Shown in pieces: positions 27,042-36,435 of a stretch of 64,000 bases of DNA. Source of the DNA: Candidatus Nanoarchaeia archaeon (GTDB lineage Archaea; Nanobdellota; Nanobdellia; SCGC-AAA011-G17; GW2011-AR20). The DNA is taken from the NCBI GenBank assembly GCA_035288805.1, contig DATDZG010000023.1, positions 15,669 to 79,668 on the forward strand, given 5' to 3'. Each line of letters begins with the position of its first letter. Position 1 is the stretch's first letter. A model generated the notes under the pieces. The model was not told where the DNA came from and searched no databases. It saw only the letters and a list, made by a program, of their open reading frames with translations. The position numbers were made by a program, and so were the translations under genes.

Positions 27042-28972
27042 CCACCAATCCCCTTAAAAAAATTTAAAATCCTCGCATACCATGGAACATCCTCAATAGT
27101 AATATCCAAATCCTCAGAATACTCGTAAACAGCCTCATTCCTATCTTCGTAAGTAACTTTCAATTTCTTTTCTTTTCCAAGAAAAAAATCTCCTTGAAAA
27201 GGAACATTAAACTCATTGACATTAACAAATTTTTCAATAGTAAAAACCTCCTGACCATCAATAAGTATCTTCAAATTCTCAATCTCATCCCTTGAGCTCA
27301 AAACAAAATTAATTTTCCCCTCATCATTATAATTAATAGTTTTAGGATAACTCAAACCAGTAACCTTAATTCCAGGCCTCTCCAATATTTTAACAGGTGC
27401 ATACACATTCCTAGTAATCCCATCACCAGCAACTATAACCTGTAACTCATTTTTAGCCTTGCTAATATTAAAGATAAACAATAATTCCTTCTTCTCAGCA
27501 ACAGTTAAATCAATATTCCTACAATCATCCAAAAAACAAGTATGCAAATTATCAAGATTCTTATTCCCAATATTTCTTATCTCGCAAGTTATATTCCCAG
27601 AAAGCTCATATACATAATAAACATCTTTTCCAGAAGAACATTTTATCTCAACATCTTTAGAATAACTCTTAACCTCTTCTTTAGACAATTCACCAATCTT
27701 ATCTTCAGCTTCTTTCTTATTCAAACCAAAATCATATACCCCAGAATATTCCAATACATCTTCATCATAATCCTCAGTGCTCGTCTTAACCTTAATCTCA
27801 GAAGTGTACATAACATTCTGTTTCAAATCCCCGGGAACATCAATCAAAAAAAACACATTTCTCTTTTCTCTGGGTTTCAATAAAACAATCCTCTCATTAT
27901 CCTCAATAATTTTTGGTCCTCTCACCAAATACAGATTAACAGGCAAATAATAATCTTGTTTATTCTCAACTTCAACCTTAACAGGAACATAACTATCCCC
28001 CTTAACCTTATTATTCAAAATCTCAACATTCAATCCAATTTTTTCATCTCTTTTACCTCCAAACTCAACAATATTCGCTTTAACATCAAGTTTTCCAGGC
28101 TTAACATCCCCTCCAGAAGTTCTCCACGCATAACTGATGCTGGATTTCCTGGCATCAAAACTTTCATCCATTTTTACATGCCCGGCATCAACCCATCCTA
28201 ATTGCCCATAAGTAACATCAAAAGCAACCCATCCATATCCTGGGAAATACAATTCAGCCCATGCATGATTCCCAAAAGTATTCCCTATATTCGTGTAGCT
28301 TGTTCCTGAAACGAACTTCGCAGGAATCCCCAAACTTCTCATCATCGCAATATACAGCACAGTTAATTCATCGCAAACACCTTCCTTATTCTCCAAAACC
28401 CAGACAGAATTCTGGGTAGCTTCTTCAGTAAGACTATCAAGGCTGTAATTAATATTCTCTCTAACCCAATTCCCTACAGCAAAAGCAACTTCATACTCAT
28501 CATCTTTCCCTTCAGCCAGTTCCCCAGCTTTCTTCCTTATCTTCTCATCAACAATAATCAGGTTAGTGCTCTGCAAATATTCTTTCTCGCTATTATCATC
28601 TTTCAAAGGAAACGCAATCTTCCCATTAATCTTTTTAAAATTTATCTTATTGTCAACAAGAAACAAATTCTTAATCTCTATGTTCCCGCTAACTCCTTTC
28701 TTCCAAGAATAAATCAATTCATTGTCTTTTTCAGAAATCTCAGCTTCAGGAGCAGCTTTCAATTCCCTCAAAGTTATTTTCTGAGTGTCATCATCTTTAG
28801 GATAAAAACTTAATTTAGTTTCAAGGCTTTTAACCTCTCCCTTGCTGTCAATAGCAATTCCAGAATTCAAATCAATCTGAATCTTCAAGCTGGAATAATT
28901 CCCAACATCTTGCGCATTAACAATGCTAATAGCCAATAAAAAAAATAATAAAAAAAGGACTAATTTTCTCAT
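27038..28972 (-). CDS. Secreted transglutaminase-like domain protein
   Basis: Signal peptide; GVCDE, HAWAE, FDVT catalytic triad motifs. Confidence 0.88.
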   Translation of the reverse strand: MRKLVLFLLFFLLAISIVNAQDVGNYSSLKIQIDLNSGIAIDSKGEVKSLETKLSFYPKDDDTQKITLRELKAAPEAEISEKDNELIYSWKKGVSGNIEIKNLFLVDNKINFKKINGKIAFPLKDDNSEKEYLQSTNLIIVDEKIRKKAGELAEGKDDEYEVAFAVGNWVRENINYSLDSLTEEATQNSVWVLENKEGVCDELTVLYIAMMRSLGIPAKFVSGTSYTNIGNTFGNHAWAELYFPGYGWVAFDVTYGQLGWVDAGHVKMDESFDARKSSISYAWRTSGGDVKPGKLDVKANIVEFGGKRDEKIGLNVEILNNKVKGDSYVPVKVEVENKQDYYLPVNLYLVRGPKIIEDNERIVLLKPREKRNVFFLIDVPGDLKQNVMYTSEIKVKTSTEDYDEDVLEYSGVYDFGLNKKEAEDKIGELSKEEVKSYSKDVEIKCSSGKDVYYVYELSGNITCEIRNIGNKNLDNLHTCFLDDCRNIDLTVAEKKELLFIFNISKAKNELQVIVAGDGITRNVYAPVKILERPGIKVTGLSYPKTINYNDEGKINFVLSSRDEIENLKILIDGQEVFTIEKFVNVNEFNVPFQGDFFLGKEKKLKVTYEDRNEAVYEYSEDLDITIEDVPWYARILNFFKGIGG

Positions 28973-28978
28973 CAAGGT

Positions 28979-29380
28979 TTATCTTCTTTTATTGTTTATA
29001 TTGTTTCTGTTTTCATACTGAGAATCAAATATCTTAATCCCTGCCCAGTATCCAGGAAATCCGAAGAATTTTGCCTCAAAAGGATATGTCTTCTCAAACA
29101 CATCTCTGTTCCACTCTCTAAATCCCTCATATCGAGACCCATACATCTCCAATCCAAGAAAAAGTATTTGAAAACTAAGATAAATTCTCAATCCATCAAA
29201 GACATAATCACAAGCCCTGTTCAATATCGCTTCCTGTCTAAGAAATTTTTCATGCCTTGCTTTGTTCTCAGCAATCTGCTTTAATCTTTTCTTTTCCTCT
29301 TCTTCTTTCTCTTTTTTGCCATCCTTGCCTAAAGATACTTCCTGCCATCTCTCTTCTTCCAATTTTCTCTCCAAAGGCAT
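28979..29380 (-). CDS. Hypothetical protein with one TM
   Basis: Start MPLERKL at 29380 downstream of tttataag. Confidence 0.55.
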   Translation of the reverse strand: MPLERKLEEERWQEVSLGKDGKKEKEEEEKKRLKQIAENKARHEKFLRQEAILNRACDYVFDGLRIYLSFQILFLGLEMYGSRYEGFREWNRDVFEKTYPFEAKFFGFPGYWAGIKIFDSQYENRNNINNKRR

Positions 29381-29431
29381 CTGGCTATTGCAAAAAAAAG
29401 CTCTTATAAATTTTTCCCTCTTAGAAAATCT

Positions 29432-30022
29432 ATGGTAACCATAAAAAGAAAGCTCTATTACGGGGTTCTCCTCGCAATTATATTTGCAGTAATCTATTCT
29501 ATTGTAGCAAGACTCCCTCATTACATCTCATTAAACTTTTCAACCTCATTGGACAATTCAGCAAAAATAATCCCGGTATTCGTCATCTTCTATCTTCTGG
29601 CTTATATTTTCCCCTTAGTCGCATTTCTCATAGCAGAATCAGAATCAGATTTAAAATCAATCTTCAAAGCATTTATCATCCAGTTGCTAATCAGCTCAAT
29701 ATTTTTTATAGCTATTCCTGTAGCAATAGTACATGCACAATTAACAACCCATGACATCTTCTCTCAAATCTTAATATTCATAAGAACCTACCTAGATACG
29801 CAATGGAATGCATTCCCAAGCCATCATGTAGCATCTGCATTTTTAACATTCCTCATAGTCAGAGATAAAAAGCCAAAATACACAATCCCAATATTCATCA
29901 CTTCTTTCTTAATCATAATTTCAACATTATTCACGAAACAGCACGTTATCCTTGATGTCTTGGCAGGATTAATTTTATCAACGATAATTTACCTTTGTTA
30001 TTTGAAATTGTTGAAAAAGTAA
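29432..30022 (+). CDS. PAP2-family membrane phosphatase
   Basis: NAFPSHH and TKQHVILDVLAG motifs. Confidence 0.85.
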   Translation: MVTIKRKLYYGVLLAIIFAVIYSIVARLPHYISLNFSTSLDNSAKIIPVFVIFYLLAYIFPLVAFLIAESESDLKSIFKAFIIQLLISSIFFIAIPVAIVHAQLTTHDIFSQILIFIRTYLDTQWNAFPSHHVASAFLTFLIVRDKKPKYTIPIFITSFLIIISTLFTKQHVILDVLAGLILSTIIYLCYLKLLKK

Positions 30023-30038
30023 TTATTCAAACAACAAT

Positions 30039-30425
30039 CTAAGGCTCAGTTCTTTTAAGAGGCAAACCATCAAAATGTTTATCATAAGAAATAATTTCAG
30101 TGCAGCCGTTAATTAATGCAGTAGAATAATGAATTAAATCAAAACGATTTAGCTTATTCAGTTTAGAATGTTTTAACAATCTGGAACTTTGAAATAAGAG
30201 TTCTTTATCGAGAGGGACAATAACCCCAGAACTCTTGAACAAACTCTTCATGCAATCAGATGCATATTGCTTATCAGCAGTAATTATGGAAATAGCATGC
30301 TCAGCTTCAACCAGGCAAAGAGTGTTTGTAACAAACTCTTCCCTCAGAACATTCCTGCACTTTCCTCTATCTTCATTGTCTGTAAAAGCTTTGATTAATA
30401 CATTTGTATCAACGAAAAGAGTCAT
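30039..30425 (-). CDS. vapC: VapC PIN-domain toxin
   Basis: VDTNVLI, DLIHYSTA, SYDKHFD. Confidence 0.9.
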   Translation of the reverse strand: MTLFVDTNVLIKAFTDNEDRGKCRNVLREEFVTNTLCLVEAEHAISIITADKQYASDCMKSLFKSSGVIVPLDKELLFQSSRLLKHSKLNKLNRFDLIHYSTALINGCTEIISYDKHFDGLPLKRTEP

Positions 30426-30658
30426 CTTTTTATCCTTAACGCATGACTAAGTTCAACTACTTTTTGTGTTGAAACTTTTTTCCCTTTATGAATATCGTCT
30501 CCTCTTTTAAACATTTCTTCCATAGTTGGCAGCTGCTTAGAAGGAATACTCTGAAAAACTCTCTTTATCACATTGTCATAACTCTCTCTAGGATATTGCT
30601 TAATTTTGTCAAGCATTTTCTTCGTATCTTCATAAACTTGAATTGTTGTGATGTTCAT
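30422..30658 (-). CDS. Antitoxin (RHH-like)
   Basis: TTIQV..TKKMLDKIK.YPRESYDNVIKR; overlaps toxin start. Confidence 0.85.
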   Translation of the reverse strand: MNITTIQVYEDTKKMLDKIKQYPRESYDNVIKRVFQSIPSKQLPTMEEMFKRGDDIHKGKKVSTQKVVELSHALRIKR

Positions 30659-30668
30659 TTTGCTCCCA

Positions 30669-30695
30669 ACCTATAGGTCCCTATAGGTATATAAA
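30669..30695 (-). promoter_or_regulatory. TATA box with tandem CCTATAGG palindromes (antitoxin operator)
   Basis: acctataggt 30669-30678, cctatagg 30680-30687, tatataaa 30688-30695. Confidence 0.7.
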
Positions 30696-30747
30696 TCTTC
30701 CTAATCTCTCCATCATCAGTCAATTGAAAACCAAATATCTAAAAAAA

Positions 30748-31767
30748 CTAAACCAATTTCTTAAATCTCTCAATAAATTCAGGAAAATCACTCATCTTCA
30801 CACAGCATCCAATAGCATGGTCATGCCCGCCCCCATATCCATTCAGCCCATCAAGAGCCTTCTGAACAGCTTTATGCATATTAACCCCCTTCTCTCTGTT
30901 CCTTGCACTGGCCTTAATCTCTCCTTTATCTTCTCTTCCAACAAAAATAAACTTCGCTTTAGTCCTGTGCAATAAATCATTAGCCAGGTCAGAAGTAAAA
31001 CTATACTTGTCATCCACATACGTAAAAACAATCTTTTCATCGTCTTTCATTTGAATAGCCTTATCATACAATAGTTCATATCTCTTCCATCTTTTATCAA
31101 ATCTCTCATAAACTTTTTTCCCATTCTCAGTGTTCTGTTGGAGAATCTCTCTAGGATCATCAATCTTCATCATCAATTGAACAAAAGCATAACTTTCTTT
31201 AACGCTTCCTTTTAAACCAAAAGAAACAATTCTAATAAGTTTTCCAAACTCAGTATCAAACATAGCATCGTCAGGGTTTTTTATTTCAACACCTTCAAAA
31301 AGTTCTTTGTAATCTTTGCTAAGCTCTTTAAAACTCTCCAAGCTCCAGTCAGAGATTATCCCAAGCAAAGCAATCCATTTCTCACCATCAACAATTTTCC
31401 AGCACCAGTAAGTAGTCGGTCTATTATCCTTTTCATCCAAAAATTTAGGATTAAAATACTTTACCCCTTTAACATCATTCAAAGGATGATGGTCAATCCA
31501 TAGTAATGGGCAATTTACCTTATCAATAAAATCCTGGCTCATTTTTGGCTTGTCCAAAACAACAACCAGGTCAGGAGCATATTGCCTCACAATTGTAATA
31601 TATCCAACATCCAAGGTAGGAGAATTCTTGACAATTATTCCATTGCCTCTTTTCAAATACTTCATCATCAGCATATAACTGCAAAGTCCATCGGGGTCAT
31701 CATCAAAAAATATCAATGGATTCTCGCTTTTATCCAATAAATCTTTAACTTCTTGTATTGTAATCAT
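30748..31767 (-). CDS. DHH/DHHA1 phosphoesterase (RecJ/NrnA-like)
   Basis: DDDPDG, IDHH, GGGH motifs. Confidence 0.9.
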   Translation of the reverse strand: MITIQEVKDLLDKSENPLIFFDDDPDGLCSYMLMMKYLKRGNGIIVKNSPTLDVGYITIVRQYAPDLVVVLDKPKMSQDFIDKVNCPLLWIDHHPLNDVKGVKYFNPKFLDEKDNRPTTYWCWKIVDGEKWIALLGIISDWSLESFKELSKDYKELFEGVEIKNPDDAMFDTEFGKLIRIVSFGLKGSVKESYAFVQLMMKIDDPREILQQNTENGKKVYERFDKRWKRYELLYDKAIQMKDDEKIVFTYVDDKYSFTSDLANDLLHRTKAKFIFVGREDKGEIKASARNREKGVNMHKAVQKALDGLNGYGGGHDHAIGCCVKMSDFPEFIERFKKLV

Positions 31768-31768
31768 A

Positions 31769-32083
31769 TTATAAATGTTCAATCTCCTTCTCAACTCGAT
31801 CACCGAGGTAATATTCTCCTTCGACAAGGTTAAGAACATAAAACTCAGCAAGTTTATGTGAATCTTTAAATTTTTGCATTCTCCTCAAAATATTTGCACG
31901 ATCAATAAGGAAAATATGAAAAATTTCCTCGCCAAAGGTTTCCATAGAAAGAACTTTTAAATCTTCTAAACTCACAAATCCCTCTTCTGATCGTCGAGCT
32001 TTTTCCATCAATCCAGAAACTCCATTTAAGTGCAAAGGTATTTCTATATATTTCTGCAATGATTTTACTGCATGCCCTTGCAT
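31769..32083 (-). CDS. Hypothetical protein
   Basis: 104-aa ORF tightly packed between rpl15e and the DHH gene. Confidence 0.55.
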   Translation of the reverse strand: MQGHAVKSLQKYIEIPLHLNGVSGLMEKARRSEEGFVSLEDLKVLSMETFGEEIFHIFLIDRANILRRMQKFKDSHKLAEFYVLNLVEGEYYLGDRVEKEIEHL

Positions 32084-32094
32084 TTCAATCTCAC

Positions 32095-32664
32095 TTAATT
32101 TTTCCCTCTTCTCTGATGAGCTCTTAAACTTGGCCTGTTCTTCTCATGCCCCTTGCCCTTGCCAAGTAATCCTCTTGATTTTCTTCCAGCAGAAGTCAAA
32201 CCTCTATATACTCTTCCAACGTTGTCAGTAATCCATTCCATTCCAGGATAAGTTTTCAATATTTCTCTCTCCCCCAAAATAATTTCAAAGAAAATATTTT
32301 TTCCATCTTTAAACAATAAATAGCTCCCAAGAACTTCACAATTCACATATCTGTCATTTGCCCTTTCTTCAGCAATCCATTGATAACTCTTGCCAATAAT
32401 CTCTTTTCTTCGTTTATGTTTACTCCTGCGTCCTTTTCTAATCATAGGCCTTTGTCTTTTGCTTCTTAACAATCTTACTCTGACAGCAATATATCCTTTT
32501 TTAGCTTTATATCCAAGAGCTCTTGCCCTGTCCAATCTTGTAGGTCTTTCAATCCTGACAACCGCATTTGATTTTCTCCACTCAATAGCTTTCTTCCTTA
32601 GAATTTTAATTATCTCTTCAGGCTTATCCTGGTACAATTGTTTTAAGTATTTTGCATATCCCAT
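32095..32664 (-). CDS. rpl15e: 50S ribosomal protein L15e
   Basis: RPTRLDRARALGYKAKKG, IAEERA, RGLTSAGRKSRGL. Confidence 0.97.
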   Translation of the reverse strand: MGYAKYLKQLYQDKPEEIIKILRKKAIEWRKSNAVVRIERPTRLDRARALGYKAKKGYIAVRVRLLRSKRQRPMIRKGRRSKHKRRKEIIGKSYQWIAEERANDRYVNCEVLGSYLLFKDGKNIFFEIILGEREILKTYPGMEWITDNVGRVYRGLTSAGRKSRGLLGKGKGHEKNRPSLRAHQRRGKN

Positions 32665-32790
32665 ATTCAGTATTCAGGGTCCTTTCGGAGTATCCTACAT
32701 CTCTATTCATTGTCAGAAATAGAGCCTTTAAAAACCTTTTCCTTTACTTAGCTTTCACATAATCTAAACCACCCGCCATAGAATTTTAGC

Positions 32791-33090
32791 TTAAGAAAAA
32801 GCAGTATTCAACTTAATCTCTCTTGCATTAGGGAAGTTACGTTTTATAACCTCAATTAAATTAGAGTTTTCTATTTTTCTAACATCAACGCAAACACCTT
32901 CTTCATCCCTATAAGCACTTATTACAACTCGCCCAAGAATAACAACCGGAGAATCTTCTCCATCATTTTCCTCATAATAAATAATCTTAATTACAGGACT
33001 ATCACCATCTCTTACTCCTAGATGCATAAACTTCTCTCTAAAATCTTTTCCTTCAGTATTTCTTTGCAGTCTATATTTCATGCAAATCAT
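32791..33090 (-). CDS. Hypothetical protein
   Basis: 99-aa ORF with upstream TATA. Confidence 0.5.
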   Translation of the reverse strand: MICMKYRLQRNTEGKDFREKFMHLGVRDGDSPVIKIIYYEENDGEDSPVVILGRVVISAYRDEEGVCVDVRKIENSNLIEVIKRNFPNAREIKLNTAFS

Positions 33091-33169
33091 CCAGATTACA
33101 ATTCTTATAAACTTTTCGTTTTATAACCACTTAAAAGTAACTAATTAAAACTAATCTGAAAATAGCGTA

Positions 33170-33330
33170 TCAAACAACAAAAGCCAATAGAAAGCTAGCT
33201 CCAAGAGCTAAACCAGCTCCAACATATTGATGCCTCTTAATCTTCTCTTTATTAATCCATATCCCTAAACACAAAGCCTGTAAACACCCCAATAATCAAA
33301 GCAATCACTACAGTAATCCCCAAAAACGGC
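33170..33330 (-). pseudogene. Frameshifted remnant of a DMT/EamA-like transporter C-terminus
   Basis: Reverse frames read PFLGITVVIALIIGVFTG and LGIWINKEKIKRHQYVGAGLALGASFLLAFVV*. Confidence 0.45.
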
Positions 33331-33332
33331 CA

Positions 33333-34025
33333 TTACATCATTTCTTCTAGCAATTCTCCAATGGGTTTTTTACCAGCCATGTTATATTCGGGTCTTAATG
33401 CCCGGATATACTCATTTTCTGCTTCATTCAATTGATACATTGGAACAGGTAAATAAAGAACCCTATTGAAATCTTTTCTTTCAGTAGTTAAATGAGTTTG
33501 GATCCTTACTGGAAGGCTCACTGATTGACCTACATATACCACCTTATTATCTCTAACTAAAAAATAAATACATGGTGGGAATTGGTAATGCGCATACTCG
33601 GCTAATCCTTCTATTGTATCAAGCTCCCTTGGAATAGGAACCCCTTTAGGAGCTTCATTAGTAAAAATAAACACATTAGGGCGTGCAGGTAAACTCCTTC
33701 CAATCACCTCTCGAAACATATTATCTTTAATCCAATTAAGAATCTCATTTTTTCTAAACCTAGGTTCATTATTCGCGCCTAATAAACAAGGAGCAAATCC
33801 GGATCTTGCATAATCTCCGAGTTTTTCTGCATCAACTCCAGCTTCTCTTGCAATCTCCTCCAAAGAGTGCTTAAACAATTGAAGGGGGTTTCCTTTATAA
33901 TCCCTTCTTTCTATCTTATTAGAATCTTTATATAAATCTCTTAATAGCTCTTTCTGAGTTTTGACTTCTTCTTCAAGTTTCTGTAACTTTTCAAGCAGCC
34001 CTTGATAATCTTTTTGCTCTTCCAT
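33333..34025 (-). CDS. HTH plus GIY-YIG nuclease domain protein
   Basis: CIYFL..VVYVGQS..RI..H..E..I..P.YN; N-terminal coiled coil and excisionase-like HTH. Confidence 0.8.
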   Translation of the reverse strand: MEEQKDYQGLLEKLQKLEEEVKTQKELLRDLYKDSNKIERRDYKGNPLQLFKHSLEEIAREAGVDAEKLGDYARSGFAPCLLGANNEPRFRKNEILNWIKDNMFREVIGRSLPARPNVFIFTNEAPKGVPIPRELDTIEGLAEYAHYQFPPCIYFLVRDNKVVYVGQSVSLPVRIQTHLTTERKDFNRVLYLPVPMYQLNEAENEYIRALRPEYNMAGKKPIGELLEEMM

Positions 34026-34056
34026 AGGTTACTATTGCAAGGAAAAAATTAAAAGC

Positions 34057-34308
34057 CTATCCTCTAATCAATCTTCCCCCCTCCAAATACTCCCTCACAA
34101 CCCTGAACTGATACTCTCTTCTCTCTCTGTCTCTGTTTGTAAAATCTATAGTAGTCTCCCTCAAATCACTTTCCAAGCTTCTTCCTTTATCAAACTCCAA
34201 TCTGGCATCCATATAAGTCCTAAACACCACTCCAAAACTCCTATTATGCAAACCAGCCAGTCTTCTAAGTTCTGCAAAATCTCTTTGAAAAGGGCTCTGT
34301 TCTCCCAT
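34057..34308 (-). CDS. Hypothetical protein
   Basis: 83-aa ORF with upstream TATA. Confidence 0.5.
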   Translation of the reverse strand: MGEQSPFQRDFAELRRLAGLHNRSFGVVFRTYMDARLEFDKGRSLESDLRETTIDFTNRDRERREYQFRVVREYLEGGRLIRG

Positions 34309-34347
34309 GCAAATCTCTAAAACCTAAAGAAATATAAAATCGATGCT

Positions 34348-34366
34348 GTGGCTGCCGAGGGTTGAT
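34348..34366 (+). repeat. Repeat module F
   Basis: gtggctgccgagggttgat. Confidence 0.65.
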
Positions 34367-34388
34367 TCGCGGGATGCTGGCACCATTG

Positions 34389-35519
34389 TTAGTACAGCAT
34401 CCAAAGCAAACTTCCCAATCCCCCAAGAATAAAGCTCGAAGCGATAGCCCCTGTAATCAATATACATAATAAAACTAAAACTCTTCCAATAGTTAAACTG
34501 CATTCTCTAAAAACAACATACGCTGGCCTGCTAATCTCATTCGCCTTATCATAAAACCTCGCATCGGTAGCAACATCCCCCAAAGTCCCGGATAGAGCAG
34601 AGAGGGTATCAACAAACAACACACTAATAAAACCAACAACAGTCCCCCTAAAAAAGAAAACAATCCCATGAATAAAAGCCCCGATTCTTGTTAAAACTCT
34701 TTTATCATACTTATCGCAAATTTTTCCAACAAAAAAAGTAAACACGGCGCCAATCAAAGTAGAAATAGTGGCAATAATCCCCAAAGATAAATAAGTCCCC
34801 AAAGTAAGAAAAACAAACAAAGGCCAAAACACCAAGATTATCATATATCTCATCCCTACCCCGATAAAAGCGAACATATCTCTAAAATTAAAAACTCTAA
34901 GTACGTCTTTAAACCTAAAATTAATCTCATCATGCCCATCTTCAGATAATATCAATGGAAACACCCCAATCAATAATAAAACAGAAACAACCCCAAACAA
35001 AGCATAAAATCCAAAGTTAGTTAATATCACGCTCCCGACAAAAGGACCAAGAACAGCAAACAGAGCAATCAAAGCATACATAAAACCAACCTCTCTCCCT
35101 CTCTTCACTTTATCACTTGACTTGGCAAAGTTAACATGAAACCCTGACCAAAAAAAAGCATTTGCAATCCCCACAAAAATAGCAGGAACCCAAAAAGGAA
35201 AATAACCCTTCCCAAGAAGATAAAATAATCCAAGAGCAAGTATATCTAGAGGAGCACTAACAAATATGCAATGCTTAAACCCATATTTGCAGGCAAACTT
35301 CATCGCAATAAAGCTGGTAACAGCAAAAACAACAGCCCAAAGCAGATAATAATAAACAATATTCGTTAATCCCAAATTTATCTCTTTAAACAAATACAAA
35401 GGAATAAACAATCCAAGCATAGACAATGCAATCGCCCTTAGAACAATTGCAAAATAAATCTCACTCAGCTCTCTTTTTAACCCAAAATTAGGCAGATGTA
35501 TGTTAAACTGATGATGCAT
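34389..35519 (-). CDS. MFS transporter
   Basis: About 12 TMs; GKICDKYDKR loop motif. Confidence 0.88.
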   Translation of the reverse strand: MHHQFNIHLPNFGLKRELSEIYFAIVLRAIALSMLGLFIPLYLFKEINLGLTNIVYYYLLWAVVFAVTSFIAMKFACKYGFKHCIFVSAPLDILALGLFYLLGKGYFPFWVPAIFVGIANAFFWSGFHVNFAKSSDKVKRGREVGFMYALIALFAVLGPFVGSVILTNFGFYALFGVVSVLLLIGVFPLILSEDGHDEINFRFKDVLRVFNFRDMFAFIGVGMRYMIILVFWPLFVFLTLGTYLSLGIIATISTLIGAVFTFFVGKICDKYDKRVLTRIGAFIHGIVFFFRGTVVGFISVLFVDTLSALSGTLGDVATDARFYDKANEISRPAYVVFRECSLTIGRVLVLLCILITGAIASSFILGGLGSLLWMLY

Positions 35520-35625
35520 AATAGAAAGAATCTTATGAAATATATAAACTTTCCTCACAGTGTATAAAAATAAAAATAAAAACTTAGGGAAAGGTATTTA
35601 AATAAAAGAAGGATATTGATAACCG

Positions 35626-35841
35626 ATGAAAACCAATAATAAACAAAAGGTGTTTCAAAATTATAAAACTCTCTTGAGGGTTGTTATAATAATTCTTATA
35701 GTCTCAACAATCCTGTTCTTGACTGGAAATTATCCATTTAAAATGAATAAGGTCGAATTTTTCATAGACACTATAAGCACACTGATTATATTCGGAGGAA
35801 TTTATTTCATTCTAAGACATATATACTCTAAGCGTAACTAA
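35626..35841 (+). CDS. Small 2-TM membrane protein
   Basis: 71 aa; tttaaata box upstream. Confidence 0.55.
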   Translation: MKTNNKQKVFQNYKTLLRVVIIILIVSTILFLTGNYPFKMNKVEFFIDTISTLIIFGGIYFILRHIYSKRN

Positions 35842-35924
35842 CGAGCGACTGAAACATCATGCAAAACCTATATAAATCTTGCCTTATTATCAAAATCAAC
35901 CAAAAACTAACAGGGGGTTAAAAA

Positions 35925-36119
35925 ATGGCAGATGTTGCAAAAAACTTTTTAAAAATCGTTGTAGGATTAATCTTGATATTAATTCCTGTATGGGTTGCAA
36001 TGAACTACTCAGGATGGAAACAAGCAGTTCTTGATGTAATCCAGGGCAGTATCCTAATCGGAGTAGTCCTAGTAGGATTATTAGTTCTTGTGCTGGGATT
36101 TACAGGATTAAAAGAATAA
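35925..36119 (+). CDS. Small 2-TM membrane protein
   Basis: 64 aa; GGGGGT SD-like site. Confidence 0.65.
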   Translation: MADVAKNFLKIVVGLILILIPVWVAMNYSGWKQAVLDVIQGSILIGVVLVGLLVLVLGFTGLKE

Positions 36120-36202
36120 TTTCTTTGGTTAAGAAATAATCCTTTTTTTCTTTTAATTTTTTATTTTCTTTTTTTATTATCTTTCTTTTTTGAATGACAT
36201 TC

Positions 36203-36351
36203 TTAGTTCTTTTGTCAAGAACCCTTGGTCATAGACCAAGGGTATGATGCCTAAGCATCATACTTGTTCTTGAGCACGCCAAATTTCACTCTTATTGGTT
36301 GTGGTTTGCGTATCAAACCACCATTCAAAGAATGGTGGAATTTTAGCGTTT
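36203..36351 (-). repeat. Hairpin repeat family A, expanded copy with nested hairpins
   Basis: Same ends as copy 1; both loops replaced by extra stems. Confidence 0.85.
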
Positions 36352-36435
36352 AAATACAATGTTTCACAAGTTGACTCGTCAACTGTGCCCCGTTGAGCTT
36401 GCTCAACTAGGGTTTCTTTCTAAGAAAAAAAATTG

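Noticed and set aside
34340..34388. GC-rich patch as tRNA or tRNA fragment
   Set aside because: No cloverleaf or TTCRA T-loop; partly explained by module F
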